Shown here: piece after piece, positions 39,738-50,512 of the stretch
Numbering within the stretch: the stretch's first letter is position 1
Layout of the letters: each line of letters opens with the position of its first letter
DNA from: Candidatus Bathyarchaeia archaeon
GTDB lineage: Archaea > Thermoproteota > Bathyarchaeia > Bathyarchaeales > Bathycorpusculaceae
Assembly (NCBI GenBank): GCA_050108115.1
Contig: JBNIDP010000002.1
Coordinates: forward strand, 8,414 to 72,413
Reading direction: 5' to 3'
Length of the DNA stretch: 64,000 nucleotides
Notes under the pieces: model-generated
Seen by the model: only the letters and a program-made list of their open reading frames with translations
What the model was told of the DNA's origin: nothing
Database searches by the model: none
Made by a program: the position numbers and the translations under genes

Positions 39738-40859
39738 ATGTATCGAACTGGCGTTGCAAACCTTCCATTGCACGGTGGAAAAGCACCATCGTGGCTAACA
39801 GGTCGCATGCGTAAGCTTGCACGTGAAATCGCCAGCATCATAATAGATGAGCAGGGTACCGCCAAGTTTTTGGAGCGCCTTTCTGACCCGTACTGGTTTC
39901 AAGCTTTAGGGTGCGTACTCGCGTATGATTGGCACAGCAGCGGCGTAACCACCGTCGTTACTGGCGTGCTAAAAAACGCGTTGACACCCGAGGAGCATGG
40001 CGTTGCAGTGTGCGGCGGAAAAGGCAAAACCAGCAGAAAAACCCCCAGCGACATTGCAGACGTCGGCGCCAAATTTGGTTTCTGCGAACAAAAAATTCAA
40101 GACTTAACGTACACAAGCCGCATGACCGCAAAAGTAGACAACACAGCAGTCCAAGCGGGCTACCAACTTTATCACCATGCTTTTCTTGTCACAGAAGAGG
40201 GTAAATGGGCAGTAATCCAGCAGGGCATGAGCAATCAAGACCGCACTGCACGACGATACCATTGGCTAAGCGACAACACACCCAGCTTTGTAGACGAACC
40301 CCACAACACCGTTGCCTGCAACGTTAAACGCAAAAAAGCCCTAAACATGACCGCCCACACAAGCCAAGAATCAAGAAAAGCCTCCGTTGACCTATCAAAA
40401 GAGCCCCCAAAAAAACTTTACCGCCTCCTCGAAACTGCCCAACGCCCCAAAAATCAGCCTTCCCTTCAAAGTTGGTTGCCCAAACCGTTAGACCCCTGGC
40501 AACAAACCATAGACACACTTAACATGCCAAGAAACATTAACTGGGACACCCTTGAACGCTTATACAATTTTCAACCAGACAATTACGAGGAACTTCTCGC
40601 CGTTAAAGGCGTTGGACCAGCCACCGTGCGGGGCTTAGCATTGGTTGCTGAACTAATTTACGGCGACGAACCCTGCTGGGAAGACCCAGTCAAATTCAGT
40701 TTTGCCTACGGCGGAAAAGACGGCGTACCCTTTCCAGTACACCGACAAGCAATGGACGAATCCATCCAAATCCTGCGGCATGCAGTTGAACAAGCAAAAA
40801 TCGGAGAAACCCAAAAACTACAGTCGCTAAAAATGCTCAGACAACACGTGCCTTCTTAA
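39738..40859 (+). CDS. DUF763-domain protein
   Basis: LPLHGGKAP.WL, DWHSSGVTT, WAVIQQGM, DPVKFSFAYGGKDGVPFPV. Confidence 0.9.
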   Translation: MYRTGVANLPLHGGKAPSWLTGRMRKLAREIASIIIDEQGTAKFLERLSDPYWFQALGCVLAYDWHSSGVTTVVTGVLKNALTPEEHGVAVCGGKGKTSRKTPSDIADVGAKFGFCEQKIQDLTYTSRMTAKVDNTAVQAGYQLYHHAFLVTEEGKWAVIQQGMSNQDRTARRYHWLSDNTPSFVDEPHNTVACNVKRKKALNMTAHTSQESRKASVDLSKEPPKKLYRLLETAQRPKNQPSLQSWLPKPLDPWQQTIDTLNMPRNINWDTLERLYNFQPDNYEELLAVKGVGPATVRGLALVAELIYGDEPCWEDPVKFSFAYGGKDGVPFPVHRQAMDESIQILRHAVEQAKIGETQKLQSLKMLRQHVPS

Positions 40860-40877
40860 AAAATTAGAAAATGAAGG

Positions 40878-41036
40878 TTAAGCGATTTGAAGTGCTTTAA
40901 CTTGTGCTTGCCGCTGTTTTGATTTAATCACTTGATGGTCAAGACCGCAGAAAGGGCAGAAAACGATTTCATAGTTGTCAAAAATCTCTGGGTAAACATC
41001 GAACTTGTTTGTACAGCTTACACATTTAACCTTCAA
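40878..41036 (-). CDS. 52-aa zinc-ribbon microprotein (LysW-like fold, no EDWGE tail)
   Basis: Manual translation MKVKCVSC...EIVFCPFCGLDHQVIK...; TTG start with AGGTGA SD; not in the ORF track. Confidence 0.7.
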   Translation of the reverse strand: MKVKCVSCTNKFDVYPEIFDNYEIVFCPFCGLDHQVIKSKQRQAQVKALQIA

Positions 41037-41046
41037 CCGTTTTCAC

Positions 41047-41250
41047 CTACACAATGATTGCAGGATTTTCGATTGGACCAGTTTGAGTGAAACTGAAGGC
41101 TTGTAGCAGTAGGGTTTGACCTTTTTTGATGGTCATGTTGTTGGCTCCGCAGATGGGGCAGGGCACAAACTCGTATTCTCCAACGTTGTCAAACTCGAAT
41201 GTTTCCTTGCAGCCAGGGCAAGTAAACGTTAAGGTTTTACTCTTTTTCAT
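41047..41250 (-). CDS. Zinc-ribbon microprotein (LysW-like fold, no EDWGE tail)
   Basis: CPGC...EFVPCPICG. Confidence 0.7.
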   Translation of the reverse strand: MKKSKTLTFTCPGCKETFEFDNVGEYEFVPCPICGANNMTIKKGQTLLLQAFSFTQTGPIENPAIIV

Positions 41251-41383
41251 TTTGCAATCGCTCTCCAAACGTCATTTGGACGCTGTAGCCAATTAATGAT
41301 GCCTCAGTAGTTTGTAGATACTATATAGAAAAAAAGCAACTATGTATTGAAAACCAAGATTTCACATTATCTAAAACAAAAAA

Positions 41384-41459
41384 CGGGTCCGGAGGGATTT
41401 GAACCCTCGATCTCCGGCTCCGAAGGCCGACACCTTAATCCGTGCTAGGCTACGAACCC
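41384..41459 (-). tRNA. tRNA-Arg(TCG)
   Basis: Acceptor GGGTTCG/CGGACCC; anticodon arm TCGGC-CTTCGGA-GCCGG; T loop GGTTCAAATC. Confidence 0.95.
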
Positions 41460-41563
41460 CAAATTTGCGCTATCTGACAAGACAATAATGGAGTTGCACA
41501 TAAAGATTTATGAAAACTTTTAAAAAGGCATTCAATATCTTACTTGTGATACTTCAAAATTGT

Positions 41564-41641
41564 GGGCCGGTAGCTCAGCACGGCTGGAGCGTTCGACTGA
41601 TAATCGAAAGGTCGCCGGTTCAAATCCGGCTCGGCCCACCA
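41564..41641 (+). tRNA. tRNA-Ile(GAT), encoded CCA
   Basis: GGGCCGG/TCGGCCC; anticodon arm TTCGA-CTGATAA-TCGAA; GGTTCAAATCC. Confidence 0.96.
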
Positions 41642-41777
41642 CCAACCTAACACTCCAAAACATCACCACATTAAAAAACATACTTTTGAGCGACTTTTTC
41701 AACCAAACAAAAAATGTTCTATGATTTCTTAAGTTTCTAATAAACGGCAAATAGGTAGCTAAATTGTGTGACTGGTG

Positions 41778-42377
41778 TTAGGTTTTTGCGGTTCTAAGGG
41801 TCTTGTAGCTTATGATGATTATCCAGATGGCGCCTGTTAAGCCTGAGGTGGTTTCTGGGATGGCAACGTTGGGTGCGTAGTGTATGGTGTAGTAGAGAAT
41901 CCATGGTGCCGCTGCAATAAAGGAGGAAATCAAAGTTATGATTGCAAGTTTAACCTCCCGTTTTAGGTACAATCCCGCGGTGATAACCCAAAGCGCAACA
42001 GGCAATGTCACAAAAAACAGCACCGACACAATAAAATGGGTAGGCGAAAAGTGTTCGTTAAATATGCCTATAGCCATCAACCAGATTGTTGCAACGCCAA
42101 AAGCTAAAGCACCCACTTTTCCAATGGGGGCGTCTTTGAAGTAGTTAAACAAGCCTATGACTGCAAAAAGAAAGCCCAGCAAGCCTGCTGTAAATAAGCC
42201 CATGTTGAATACTGGCGCCGTTATGCCTGGTACAACGCCTAAATCGCTTAAAGCGTTATTTGTCCAGCTGAACTCTGGGTAAGATGCTATAGCTACTGAT
42301 ATAGCGCCGAACGCAACTATGGGTACAGCAAAACCGCAAGTTGCACCGATTTTTTGCAGGACTGTTTGATTTGGCAT
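41778..42377 (-). CDS. DUF998-family membrane protein
   Basis: FSWTNNALSDLG, IGIFNE...H, AIPE. Confidence 0.8.
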   Translation of the reverse strand: MPNQTVLQKIGATCGFAVPIVAFGAISVAIASYPEFSWTNNALSDLGVVPGITAPVFNMGLFTAGLLGFLFAVIGLFNYFKDAPIGKVGALAFGVATIWLMAIGIFNEHFSPTHFIVSVLFFVTLPVALWVITAGLYLKREVKLAIITLISSFIAAAPWILYYTIHYAPNVAIPETTSGLTGAIWIIIISYKTLRTAKT

Positions 42378-42553
42378 GCTTGTTTCCTTGTTTGATATTA
42401 GCGTTTACGATTTAAAAGTTTGCATAGTGCTTGAAAAATATTTTCGGTCCAAACTTCTTTGTTGTTATCTACTTTTTTTAAGATTGTTTCTTTTTTTAGG
42501 TTAGTTTTAAATTAATCGCCATCGACTATGGAAGTCTAAAGGGGAAAGTCAAG

Positions 42554-45500
42554 ATGTCAAAGGGAGCGAGTAGCCTGCGACGATTCGGTGTTGATTTTGT
42601 AGGCGCAATTCCGTGGGGAACACATCTTTGCCAACTTTACGTTTCAAAACAGGACTTAATCGACATCTTGGTTCCCTATTTTGCGGAAGGATTGCAAAAT
42701 AACGAGTACTGCGTGTGGGTTACTTCTTTACCGCTTGAGGTTGATGAAGCAAAGAAAGCCCTTGAGGCACAAGTGCCCAATTTAGATGAGCGTATCAAGA
42801 ACGGGCAAATAGAAATAATCAGTTATGACTACGAGTACTTGATAGATGGCAAGTTTGATTCGTCAAAAATTTTGCAAAAATTGGCAGATAAAGAAAAATT
42901 TGCCCTTGAATGCGGCTTTGAAGGGCTTCGTTTTTCAGCAAACATGTTCAAGATTGAACCGTCACAATGGGCACGTATTACCGAGTATGAAAACGGAATC
43001 AACCAAACTTTAAGACAACGCAAGATTATTTTGTTATGCTCGTATTTCCTAAATAATTGTTCAGGCATTAATGTTTTAGATGTTTTACGCAGTCACTATG
43101 GTACTTTGGTAAAACGTAACAATAGATGGCTACTTCTTGAAGATGCTGCAAGACGTAAAGCAATGAACAGCGCCTTAAAAATTAGCAAACAAAAATACAG
43201 CGTTCTGTTTGAAAATATGGCAAGCGGCTTTGCTTACCATAAGGCAGTTTACAACGAAACGGGCAAACCAGTTGACTATGTTTTTCTTGAAGTAAATGAC
43301 GCTTTTGAAAGATTAATTGGTCTTAAACGTGACGAGTTTCTTGGCAAAAAGATTACTCAAATACTGCCAGATGTTGTAAATGACCCTGCAGATTGGATAG
43401 GCATCTACGGAAGAGTTGCTGCCACAGGCGAAAACGCACGATTTGAAAAATACGATAAAACTTTAAAAAAATGGTTTTCTGTTTCAGCGTTTAGCCCAGA
43501 AACAGGCTACTTTGTTGCCACATACGATGATATTACCGAACGCAAAAAAGCGGAAATGGCGCTCAAAGAAACCCGTGATTACCTTGAGAAACTGCTTAGT
43601 TATGCTAACGCTCCAGTGATTGTTTGGGATCCTCAACAAAAAATTACTCTGTTTAATCAAGCCTTTGAACGATTAACAAGTTTAAACGTTAACAGTGTGA
43701 TTGGTAAACGATTAGAAATTTTGTTTCCAGAAGATAAAAAGAAAGAAGCCATGGCTCACATTAACCGTGCACTTGAAGGTGAACACTGGGAAACCGTTGA
43801 AATCCCTATTTTAGACTCAACAGGAAAACAAAAAATCGTTCTTTGGAATTCAGCAAACATCTACGACTCAAACGGCAAAGTTTTAGCAACCATCGCTCAA
43901 GGACAAGACATCACCGACCGCAAACAGCATGAAGAACAACTTGAACGATTAAACCGAAATTTACGAGCCATAAGCAACGGCAACCAAACTATCATGCGAG
44001 CCACCGACGAAGAGTCTTTCCTCAAAGAAGCATGTCGAGTTGTAGTTGAAGACTGCGGTTACAAGATGGTTTGGGTAGGCTTTGCATTAGATAACTTGGA
44101 AAAGTCTGTAAAACCCGTGGCTTATTCTGGTTTTGAAAAGAGCTATTTGGATTCTTTGAATATTACTTGGGCAGACACTGAACGTGGGCAAGGTCCAACT
44201 GGAAGAGCCATCCGTACTGGTCAACCGCAGTTTTGCCATAGCATGAAAAACGATGAAAAATTTGCGCCTTGGCGTGAAGAAGCCCTTAAACGTGGGTATG
44301 CTTCATCAATTGCTTTGCCTCTGAAAATTGACACTAAAGTTATCGGTGTTTTAACGTTATATTCAACTGAATCGACGGGGTGTTCAAAAGAAGAAGTTAA
44401 TCTTCTTTCAGAGTTAGCGAATGATTTTTCTCAGGGCATCAAGATACTTCGCATTCGGAAAGAAAAGGAGCAGGCCGAAAAGGAAATGCTACGGCAAGCG
44501 GCGCTTCTTGATTTGAGTCCTGACGCCATTTTTGTCCGTAAATTAGGTGGCACTATTACTTTTTGGAGCAAAGGTGCAGAAAAGAATTACGGTTGGACAA
44601 AAGAGCAAGCAATAGGGCAAAACGCGTATCAAATTCTAAAAACCAGCTTTTTTGAACCGTATGAAAATATTATTTCTCAGATTAAAAAGACAGGAAAATG
44701 GTCAGGCGAACTTTTACACACAAATAGAGAGGGTAAACAATTAACTCTGCAAAGTTTTTGGCAAGCAATATTTGACTTTAACGGGGAAATCGCTGAACTT
44801 TTAGAATCTAACGTGGATATAACTGAACGTAAACGGTTTGAGCAAGCGCTAGAAAGGGCTAAAGTTGACTGGGAACGAACATTTGATAGTGTACCTGACT
44901 TGATAGCTATTCTTGATGATAGGCACAAGATTGTACGTGCCAACAAAGCAATGGCGCAGGTGTTGGGGGTATCTCCTGAAAACTGTGTTGGTCTTAGCTG
45001 CTTTGAGTGTGTACATGCCAAAGAGGAACCGCCTTCATTCTGTCCTCACACGTTGGCAATGATTGATGGACAAGAACATACCGCTGAAGTACATGAAGAA
45101 CGTCTCGGGGGAGACTTTATCGTAAGTGCCACACCGTTAAAAGATGAATATGGGCACATTCTTGGTTCAGTGCATGTTGCCCGAAATATTACGTTCCGTA
45201 AACAGATGGAAACTAGGCTTGAAGAATATTCTAAGCAGCTTGAACACTTAGTAGAGGAACGAACTAAACAGCTTAGAGATTCTGAAAGGTTAGCAGCCAT
45301 CGGGGCAACAGCTGGAATGGTTGGGCATGATATTCGTAATCCTTTGCAAGCAATCGCAAGCAGTTTGTACTTGGCAAGAACTGATTTAGACGCTGTTCCA
45401 GAAGGCAAAAACAAGGAAGCTATATTGGAAAGCATCAACGAGATTGAAAAGAACGTTGATTACATTAACAAGATAGTAGTTGACCTTCAAGATTTTGCTA

Positions 45501-45952
45501 AACCATTAAAACCATTTCTTGGCAGTATTGACTTGTCAGCAATTGTTCAAGATGTCATTAAAAGCAGGGTATTTCCAGAAAACATTTCAGTCGAAAACAC
45601 GGTTGACCACAAAGTTAACTGTTTTATTTCTGATGTAACTTATGTTCGACGCATACTTAGCAATCTAGTAAATAATGCTATACAGGCAATGCCCAACGGT
45701 GGAAAACTAACAATCAATGCTACCTGTGAAAAAGACGACGTAATCATAAGTGTCCAAGACACGGGCATAGGCATTTCTGAAGAGGCAAAAAACAAACTGT
45801 TCACGCCACTGTTTACAACAAAATCAAAAGGTCAAGGATTCGGTTTAGCCGTAGTTAAACGCATGTCAGAGGCGTTGGGTGGCAACGTTTCATTTGACAG
45901 CCAAACAGGAAAAGGAACCACATTTACAGTACATTTGCCCTTAAAACGATAA
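42554..45952 (+). CDS. Cytoplasmic sensor histidine kinase (MEDS-PAS-PAS-GAF-PAS-PAS-HisKA-HATPase)
   Basis: PWGTHLCQLY (MEDS); DITERK PAS ends; GHDIRNPL H-box; NAIQAM, DTGIGI, GQGFGL. Confidence 0.92.
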   Translation: MSKGASSLRRFGVDFVGAIPWGTHLCQLYVSKQDLIDILVPYFAEGLQNNEYCVWVTSLPLEVDEAKKALEAQVPNLDERIKNGQIEIISYDYEYLIDGKFDSSKILQKLADKEKFALECGFEGLRFSANMFKIEPSQWARITEYENGINQTLRQRKIILLCSYFLNNCSGINVLDVLRSHYGTLVKRNNRWLLLEDAARRKAMNSALKISKQKYSVLFENMASGFAYHKAVYNETGKPVDYVFLEVNDAFERLIGLKRDEFLGKKITQILPDVVNDPADWIGIYGRVAATGENARFEKYDKTLKKWFSVSAFSPETGYFVATYDDITERKKAEMALKETRDYLEKLLSYANAPVIVWDPQQKITLFNQAFERLTSLNVNSVIGKRLEILFPEDKKKEAMAHINRALEGEHWETVEIPILDSTGKQKIVLWNSANIYDSNGKVLATIAQGQDITDRKQHEEQLERLNRNLRAISNGNQTIMRATDEESFLKEACRVVVEDCGYKMVWVGFALDNLEKSVKPVAYSGFEKSYLDSLNITWADTERGQGPTGRAIRTGQPQFCHSMKNDEKFAPWREEALKRGYASSIALPLKIDTKVIGVLTLYSTESTGCSKEEVNLLSELANDFSQGIKILRIRKEKEQAEKEMLRQAALLDLSPDAIFVRKLGGTITFWSKGAEKNYGWTKEQAIGQNAYQILKTSFFEPYENIISQIKKTGKWSGELLHTNREGKQLTLQSFWQAIFDFNGEIAELLESNVDITERKRFEQALERAKVDWERTFDSVPDLIAILDDRHKIVRANKAMAQVLGVSPENCVGLSCFECVHAKEEPPSFCPHTLAMIDGQEHTAEVHEERLGGDFIVSATPLKDEYGHILGSVHVARNITFRKQMETRLEEYSKQLEHLVEERTKQLRDSERLAAIGATAGMVGHDIRNPLQAIASSLYLARTDLDAVPEGKNKEAILESINEIEKNVDYINKIVVDLQDFAKPLKPFLGSIDLSAIVQDVIKSRVFPENISVENTVDHKVNCFISDVTYVRRILSNLVNNAIQAMPNGGKLTINATCEKDDVIISVQDTGIGISEEAKNKLFTPLFTTKSKGQGFGLAVVKRMSEALGGNVSFDSQTGKGTTFTVHLPLKR

Positions 45953-46059
45953 CTAACCCTGAATTATGCACGTTAATATCCAATTAACCCAAGGCATAAA
46001 CGACTGTTATTGGGGCTCTACAGTCACATATTGTTATTTTTTCAAACGCAAACAAGAAC

Positions 46060-47070
46060 ATGGAAGTTATGCCCGACATAATAACGGTCAAAAACCTAAA
46101 AATGACATACGCCGATGGCACAAAAGCCGTGGACGACATCTCTTTTAATGTGGCAGAAGGAGAATTCTTCGGTTTTTTAGGTCCAAACGGTGCAGGTAAA
46201 AGCACAACCATCAAAATTCTTACTACTCTTTTAAGAAAAACAGCAGGCACCATAATTATTGCAGGTCATAACCTTGATATTGGCGCATCAGAAATACGAA
46301 AAATCATAGGCGTTCAAAGTCAAGAAACCACTGTTGACGGTGACTTGTCAGGTAGGGAAAACTTGATGCTTCAAGGCCATTTTCAGCAGATGCACGGAAC
46401 CAAACTCAACGAGCGGGTTGATGAGTTGCTTAAACTGGTAGAGTTAGAGGCGGCTGCTGGTAGGCGTACAAGAAACTATTCAGGCGGCATGAAGAAACGG
46501 CTGGATTTAGCTACTGCCCTTGTGCATAGGCCTAAACTGTTGTTTCTCGATGAGCCCACAACAGGGTTAGATCCTCAGTCACGTTTGGCTATTTGGAGTT
46601 ACTTAAAACAATTAAACAAAGAAGAGGGCACAACCATTTTCTTGACAACGCAGTATTTGGAGGAGGCTGATAGGCTTTGTGAGCGGTTGGCGATTATTGA
46701 TTTTGGCAAAATAGTTACTGTCGGTTCGCCTGCGGGGCTTAAACGGGAAATCGGGGCTGATTCGATAAAGTTGTCGATTGATAATTGTGAACGTGACAAA
46801 CCCAAAGCCAAAGAACTGCTAAAAAGTCTTGAAGGCGTGACCAGCGTGATAGATTCAGGCCCAGAAGAATGCTTAACCATTTACGCTAAAAACGCTGGAC
46901 CCTTAGTCGCCGATATAGTTCGCGCATTTGATAGCTGCGACATCAAGCTTTTGTCGGTAACGTTTTCTTCGCCAACACTTGATGACGTGTTTCTGCAGCA
47001 TACTGGCAGAACGATAAGGGCTGAAGACCTTGTAAAGGCGCCAAGCAAAATGTTGGGAGGCAGATCTTAA
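46060..47070 (+). CDS. ABC-2 exporter ATP-binding subunit (DrrA-like)
   Basis: GPNGAGKST, YSGGM, LFLDEPT. Confidence 0.92.
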   Translation: MEVMPDIITVKNLKMTYADGTKAVDDISFNVAEGEFFGFLGPNGAGKSTTIKILTTLLRKTAGTIIIAGHNLDIGASEIRKIIGVQSQETTVDGDLSGRENLMLQGHFQQMHGTKLNERVDELLKLVELEAAAGRRTRNYSGGMKKRLDLATALVHRPKLLFLDEPTTGLDPQSRLAIWSYLKQLNKEEGTTIFLTTQYLEEADRLCERLAIIDFGKIVTVGSPAGLKREIGADSIKLSIDNCERDKPKAKELLKSLEGVTSVIDSGPEECLTIYAKNAGPLVADIVRAFDSCDIKLLSVTFSSPTLDDVFLQHTGRTIRAEDLVKAPSKMLGGRS

Positions 47071-47844
47071 TTGTCGATTCTTTCGGATACACGTTACCTG
47101 TTTGTTAGGTCACTTAAAAAGTTGATTCGTAATCCTATTTTGTTGTTTTTCTCTCTTTTTCAGCCTATAATTTTTCTTGTTTTGTTCACGCAGTTGTTTT
47201 CGGAGTTGGCAAATTTTCCAGGTTTCCTTCCGCCGGGCGTAAGTTACTTGGAGTTTGCAACTGCAGGCATAATTTTACAGAACGCTTTTGGCAGCTCTTT
47301 GCAGTCAGGGACATCCATCGTTCTGGATATTGATTCTGGTTTTTTGCAGAAGATGCTTGTCACTCCTGTTAGGCGTCCAGCAATATTGTTAGGCAGACTT
47401 ACAAGTGACGCCTTCCGTGTTGTAATTCAATCAGCAGTAATTCTGCTCCTATCATATCTTTTAGGCGGTTACGTCGTAACAGGTATCGCAGGTGTGCTTT
47501 TGATTTTCTTCACTATCGCCTTTTTTGGGCTTGCATGGTCAGGAATATCCTTAGCAATAGGTTTGAAAACACGCAGTTCAGAAACAGTTTTTGCTATAGG
47601 CGGCTTTATCACTTTTCCTTTACTGTTTTTGAGTACCGCCTTGGTTCCTTCTGCCTCATTACCAAGCTGGATAAATACGATTTCACAGTTTAACCCAATA
47701 AGCTACGCGGTTAACGCTATACGGGCGCTTATGATTACAGGTTTTGATTGGCCAACAATTCTTGCGGCATGGGGTGTCATTGCATTGATTGCGGTGGTTA
47801 CGTTGGGTGCAACGTTGTATCAGTTTAGAAAAGTAGTAAGCTAA
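47071..47844 (+). CDS. ABC-2 permease
   Basis: Six TM; NPISYAVNAIR; follows the ATPase. Confidence 0.9.
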   Translation: MSILSDTRYLFVRSLKKLIRNPILLFFSLFQPIIFLVLFTQLFSELANFPGFLPPGVSYLEFATAGIILQNAFGSSLQSGTSIVLDIDSGFLQKMLVTPVRRPAILLGRLTSDAFRVVIQSAVILLLSYLLGGYVVTGIAGVLLIFFTIAFFGLAWSGISLAIGLKTRSSETVFAIGGFITFPLLFLSTALVPSASLPSWINTISQFNPISYAVNAIRALMITGFDWPTILAAWGVIALIAVVTLGATLYQFRKVVS

Positions 47845-47849
47845 AAAGC

Positions 47850-48407
47850 TCAATGATGATTGTTCATTTTCTGGATTGTTTCATAGATTTCAGTCCAACT
47901 GTAAACCCGTTTAGTGAGATTTTTAACGTTCAAGGTTCGGTTCCACGGTTGGTCATAAAGCAACACGGTTTTGACCTTATTGGTCCATTCTAACGCGTCT
48001 ACTAAGGAGTCTTCAACAATTAAGTCAAGCGGGTCAACGTTTGCACGGTATTTTTCTCCAACATTTAACATGTGCAGTTGTGTGTATGGTATGCCTTTTT
48101 CTTTGAGCCACGACTGCGTAATATCACGAAGATAGCCATAGCGACCAGTTAAAAGGTAAATGTTGTGTCCGTCTCGGCTGAGTTGTTCCAGGGTTTCTTT
48201 GGCGCCCGGATTTAGAGGCAAATCTTTTTTTAGTGTCTGGTTTACGAGTAGGTTTCCTTCGTCGCGGGTTATGCCTAAAACAATGTTTAAGTCAAAAGTG
48301 TAAATGTCACTTATTTTTAGGTTTACACCATAGTTTTCTTGGATGATTTCAAGAAGTGGCTGTGTAAAGTTGGCGATTACGCCGTCTATATCAAAGCCTA
48401 AATTCAA
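47850..48407 (-). CDS. HAD-family 5'-nucleotidase-like hydrolase
   Basis: FDIDGV, LLTGR, VEDS, PWNR. Confidence 0.85.
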   Translation of the reverse strand: MNLGFDIDGVIANFTQPLLEIIQENYGVNLKISDIYTFDLNIVLGITRDEGNLLVNQTLKKDLPLNPGAKETLEQLSRDGHNIYLLTGRYGYLRDITQSWLKEKGIPYTQLHMLNVGEKYRANVDPLDLIVEDSLVDALEWTNKVKTVLLYDQPWNRTLNVKNLTKRVYSWTEIYETIQKMNNHH

Positions 48408-48531
48408 CTGTTTACTGTCCCCTTGCTCCTTTGAGATAAGGCATTCGTGCCTTTAAAGTTAAACTGTAAAACAGTCAACTATTGGATATAGATTTTTTGT
48501 TACGTTTATATCAAAAACAGGTAAGTTAGGG

Positions 48532-49086
48532 CTAAATCATCCGCAACAAATCAGCCTTAGTGATAATGCCGATGACATTACCTTTTTTAGAAACTAAAAC
48601 CGCTGGGTAAGTCTGCAAAAGGCTGGTTATGAGTGTTAAGGGTGCGTCTTCGTTGATTTGTGGAAACGCTTCTTCCATTATGTCTCCAGTTGACAGTTTG
48701 GAGATGTCTTGGATGTTTTTGCCCTCCAATATTTGTCGTAACATTGTTTTTTCGGTTATGCTTCCCACAGGTTGCTTGCCTTCAAAGACTGGAATCTGCG
48801 AGTAACCGTACTCTTTCATGAGGTTTACCACTTTTGAGATGGGTTCATGCCTTTGAACGCTAACGACATCGTTGTGAACAAGTTTTTCAGCTTGAACCTT
48901 GTTTTTGAACTCCAACTTGTCTAGCACAGTAAAGATGGTTTTTGCTTTGGTGTATGAAGGGTCAATTGTGCCGGCTTCAAGCTTGGCTATTAGGGATTGG
49001 CTTACACCAGCCATTTTTGCAAGGTCCGACTGTTTTATTCCCAGTTGTCGTCGACGTTTTGCTACTTCGTCCAGTTTGGGAAACAT
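48532..49086 (-). CDS. HTH-CBS transcriptional regulator
   Basis: QSDLAKMAGVSQSLIAKLEAG..DPSY plus CBS pair. Confidence 0.9.
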   Translation of the reverse strand: MFPKLDEVAKRRRQLGIKQSDLAKMAGVSQSLIAKLEAGTIDPSYTKAKTIFTVLDKLEFKNKVQAEKLVHNDVVSVQRHEPISKVVNLMKEYGYSQIPVFEGKQPVGSITEKTMLRQILEGKNIQDISKLSTGDIMEEAFPQINEDAPLTLITSLLQTYPAVLVSKKGNVIGIITKADLLRMI

Positions 49087-49241
49087 ATTAAGAATTTAGA
49101 CTTTTACAGTGCTATATTCTTTTTGAAGAAAACAAAAATTTTGGGCTGTTTTGGTTTTAGCTGTTTTTTCATGTTTTTGTTGGTTGCTTGGTAGATACTT
49201 TAATTACTTAGCTTTTGCAACTATTCGATTGTGAAACTAAA

Positions 49242-49697
49242 ATGAAGGCTGAAACAACCAAAGAATGCGCTCGCGAAATACTTGACGTAGCCCCCCAAAT
49301 AATGTGCCATATCAGAAGTCAAATGCGCAGTCGAAGAACACCCGACCTAACCGTCCCACAATTCCGTGCATTATCCTTTGTAAACCGCAAACCCGACTCA
49401 TCCCTATCCGACGTAGCAAAACACCTTGGACTCGCCTTACCATCAACCTCTAAACTTGTCGATGAACTTTTAAAAAAGGGTCTTTTAACTCGTGAAGAAC
49501 AACCAGAAGACAGGCGTCGAGTAAAATTAACCGTAACAAGCAAAGGCCTTTCAATATTGGACGTTTGCCGTGAAGGAACCTTAACAGCGCTTTCGGAGAA
49601 ACTAACAACTTTAAGCGATAATGAACGAGCAACAATTACGGCGGCAATGCAGACTTTGCGAGTAGTCTTTGCAGCAAGCGCAGAAAATCATTGTTGA
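49242..49697 (+). CDS. MarR-family regulator
   Basis: LTVPQFRAL, STSKLVDEL, DRRRVKLTVT. Confidence 0.9.
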   Translation: MKAETTKECAREILDVAPQIMCHIRSQMRSRRTPDLTVPQFRALSFVNRKPDSSLSDVAKHLGLALPSTSKLVDELLKKGLLTREEQPEDRRRVKLTVTSKGLSILDVCREGTLTALSEKLTTLSDNERATITAAMQTLRVVFAASAENHC

Positions 49698-49706
49698 AGT
49701 GACAAG

Positions 49707-50510
49707 ATGTACATGCCTATTTTAATAACTAATAATTTATCACGGCAATTTGGCGACTTTAAAGCAGTAGACAACCTTAACATACAAGTTAACGAAGGCG
49801 AAATCTTTGGGTTGCTTGGTCCAAACGGTGCCGGAAAAACTACCAGCATAAAAATGATAATCACTCTGCTACCGCCCACTTCTGGAAGTATAAGCATCGG
49901 CGGCTATGACGTAAAACATAACGCTTCCCAAGTTAGACGCCTCATTGGGTATGTTCCACAGGTTCTTTCTGCAGATGGCACCTTAACTGGATTTGAAAAC
50001 CTGCTAGTTTTCTCTAAACTGTATGATTTGCCAAGGCAAGGCCGCAAAAACCGTATCTTAGACGCTTTAGAGTTCATGGGGCTTGGCAGCGTCGCCGATA
50101 AAATGGTAAAAAACTACTCAGGCGGTATGGTACGACGTTTAGAAATTGCCCAATCAATGATGCATAACCCAAAAATGCTATTCCTTGATGAACCAACTAT
50201 TGGTCTTGACCCTGTAGGCAGAAAAGCGGTCTGGGACCACATCGAAAAACTCCGTGACGACTTTGGCACCACTATTTTTGTCACTACCCACTACATGGAA
50301 GAAGCAGACCAGTTATGTTCCCGTTTAGCGATTATGAATCATGGCAAAATTGTTGCTTCAGGCACCCCTGATAGTTTGAAGGCTTCAATGAATAAAGAAG
50401 ATGCCACTTTAGATGATGTTTTTAGTTTTTACGCAGGAGATATTCTTGAAAGCGGTGGAGACTTTAAAGAAGCCTCGCGGGTTAGACGTACTGCTCGGAG
50501 GCTTGCATAA
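49707..50510 (+). CDS. ABC-2 exporter ATP-binding subunit
   Basis: GPNGAGKTT, YSGGM, LFLDEPT. Confidence 0.92.
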   Translation: MYMPILITNNLSRQFGDFKAVDNLNIQVNEGEIFGLLGPNGAGKTTSIKMIITLLPPTSGSISIGGYDVKHNASQVRRLIGYVPQVLSADGTLTGFENLLVFSKLYDLPRQGRKNRILDALEFMGLGSVADKMVKNYSGGMVRRLEIAQSMMHNPKMLFLDEPTIGLDPVGRKAVWDHIEKLRDDFGTTIFVTTHYMEEADQLCSRLAIMNHGKIVASGTPDSLKASMNKEDATLDDVFSFYAGDILESGGDFKEASRVRRTARRLA

Positions 50511-50512
50511 GT

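Noticed and set aside
41384-41641. tRNA genes as integration sites
   Set aside because: No integrase and no duplicated tRNA 3' end noticed in the window.
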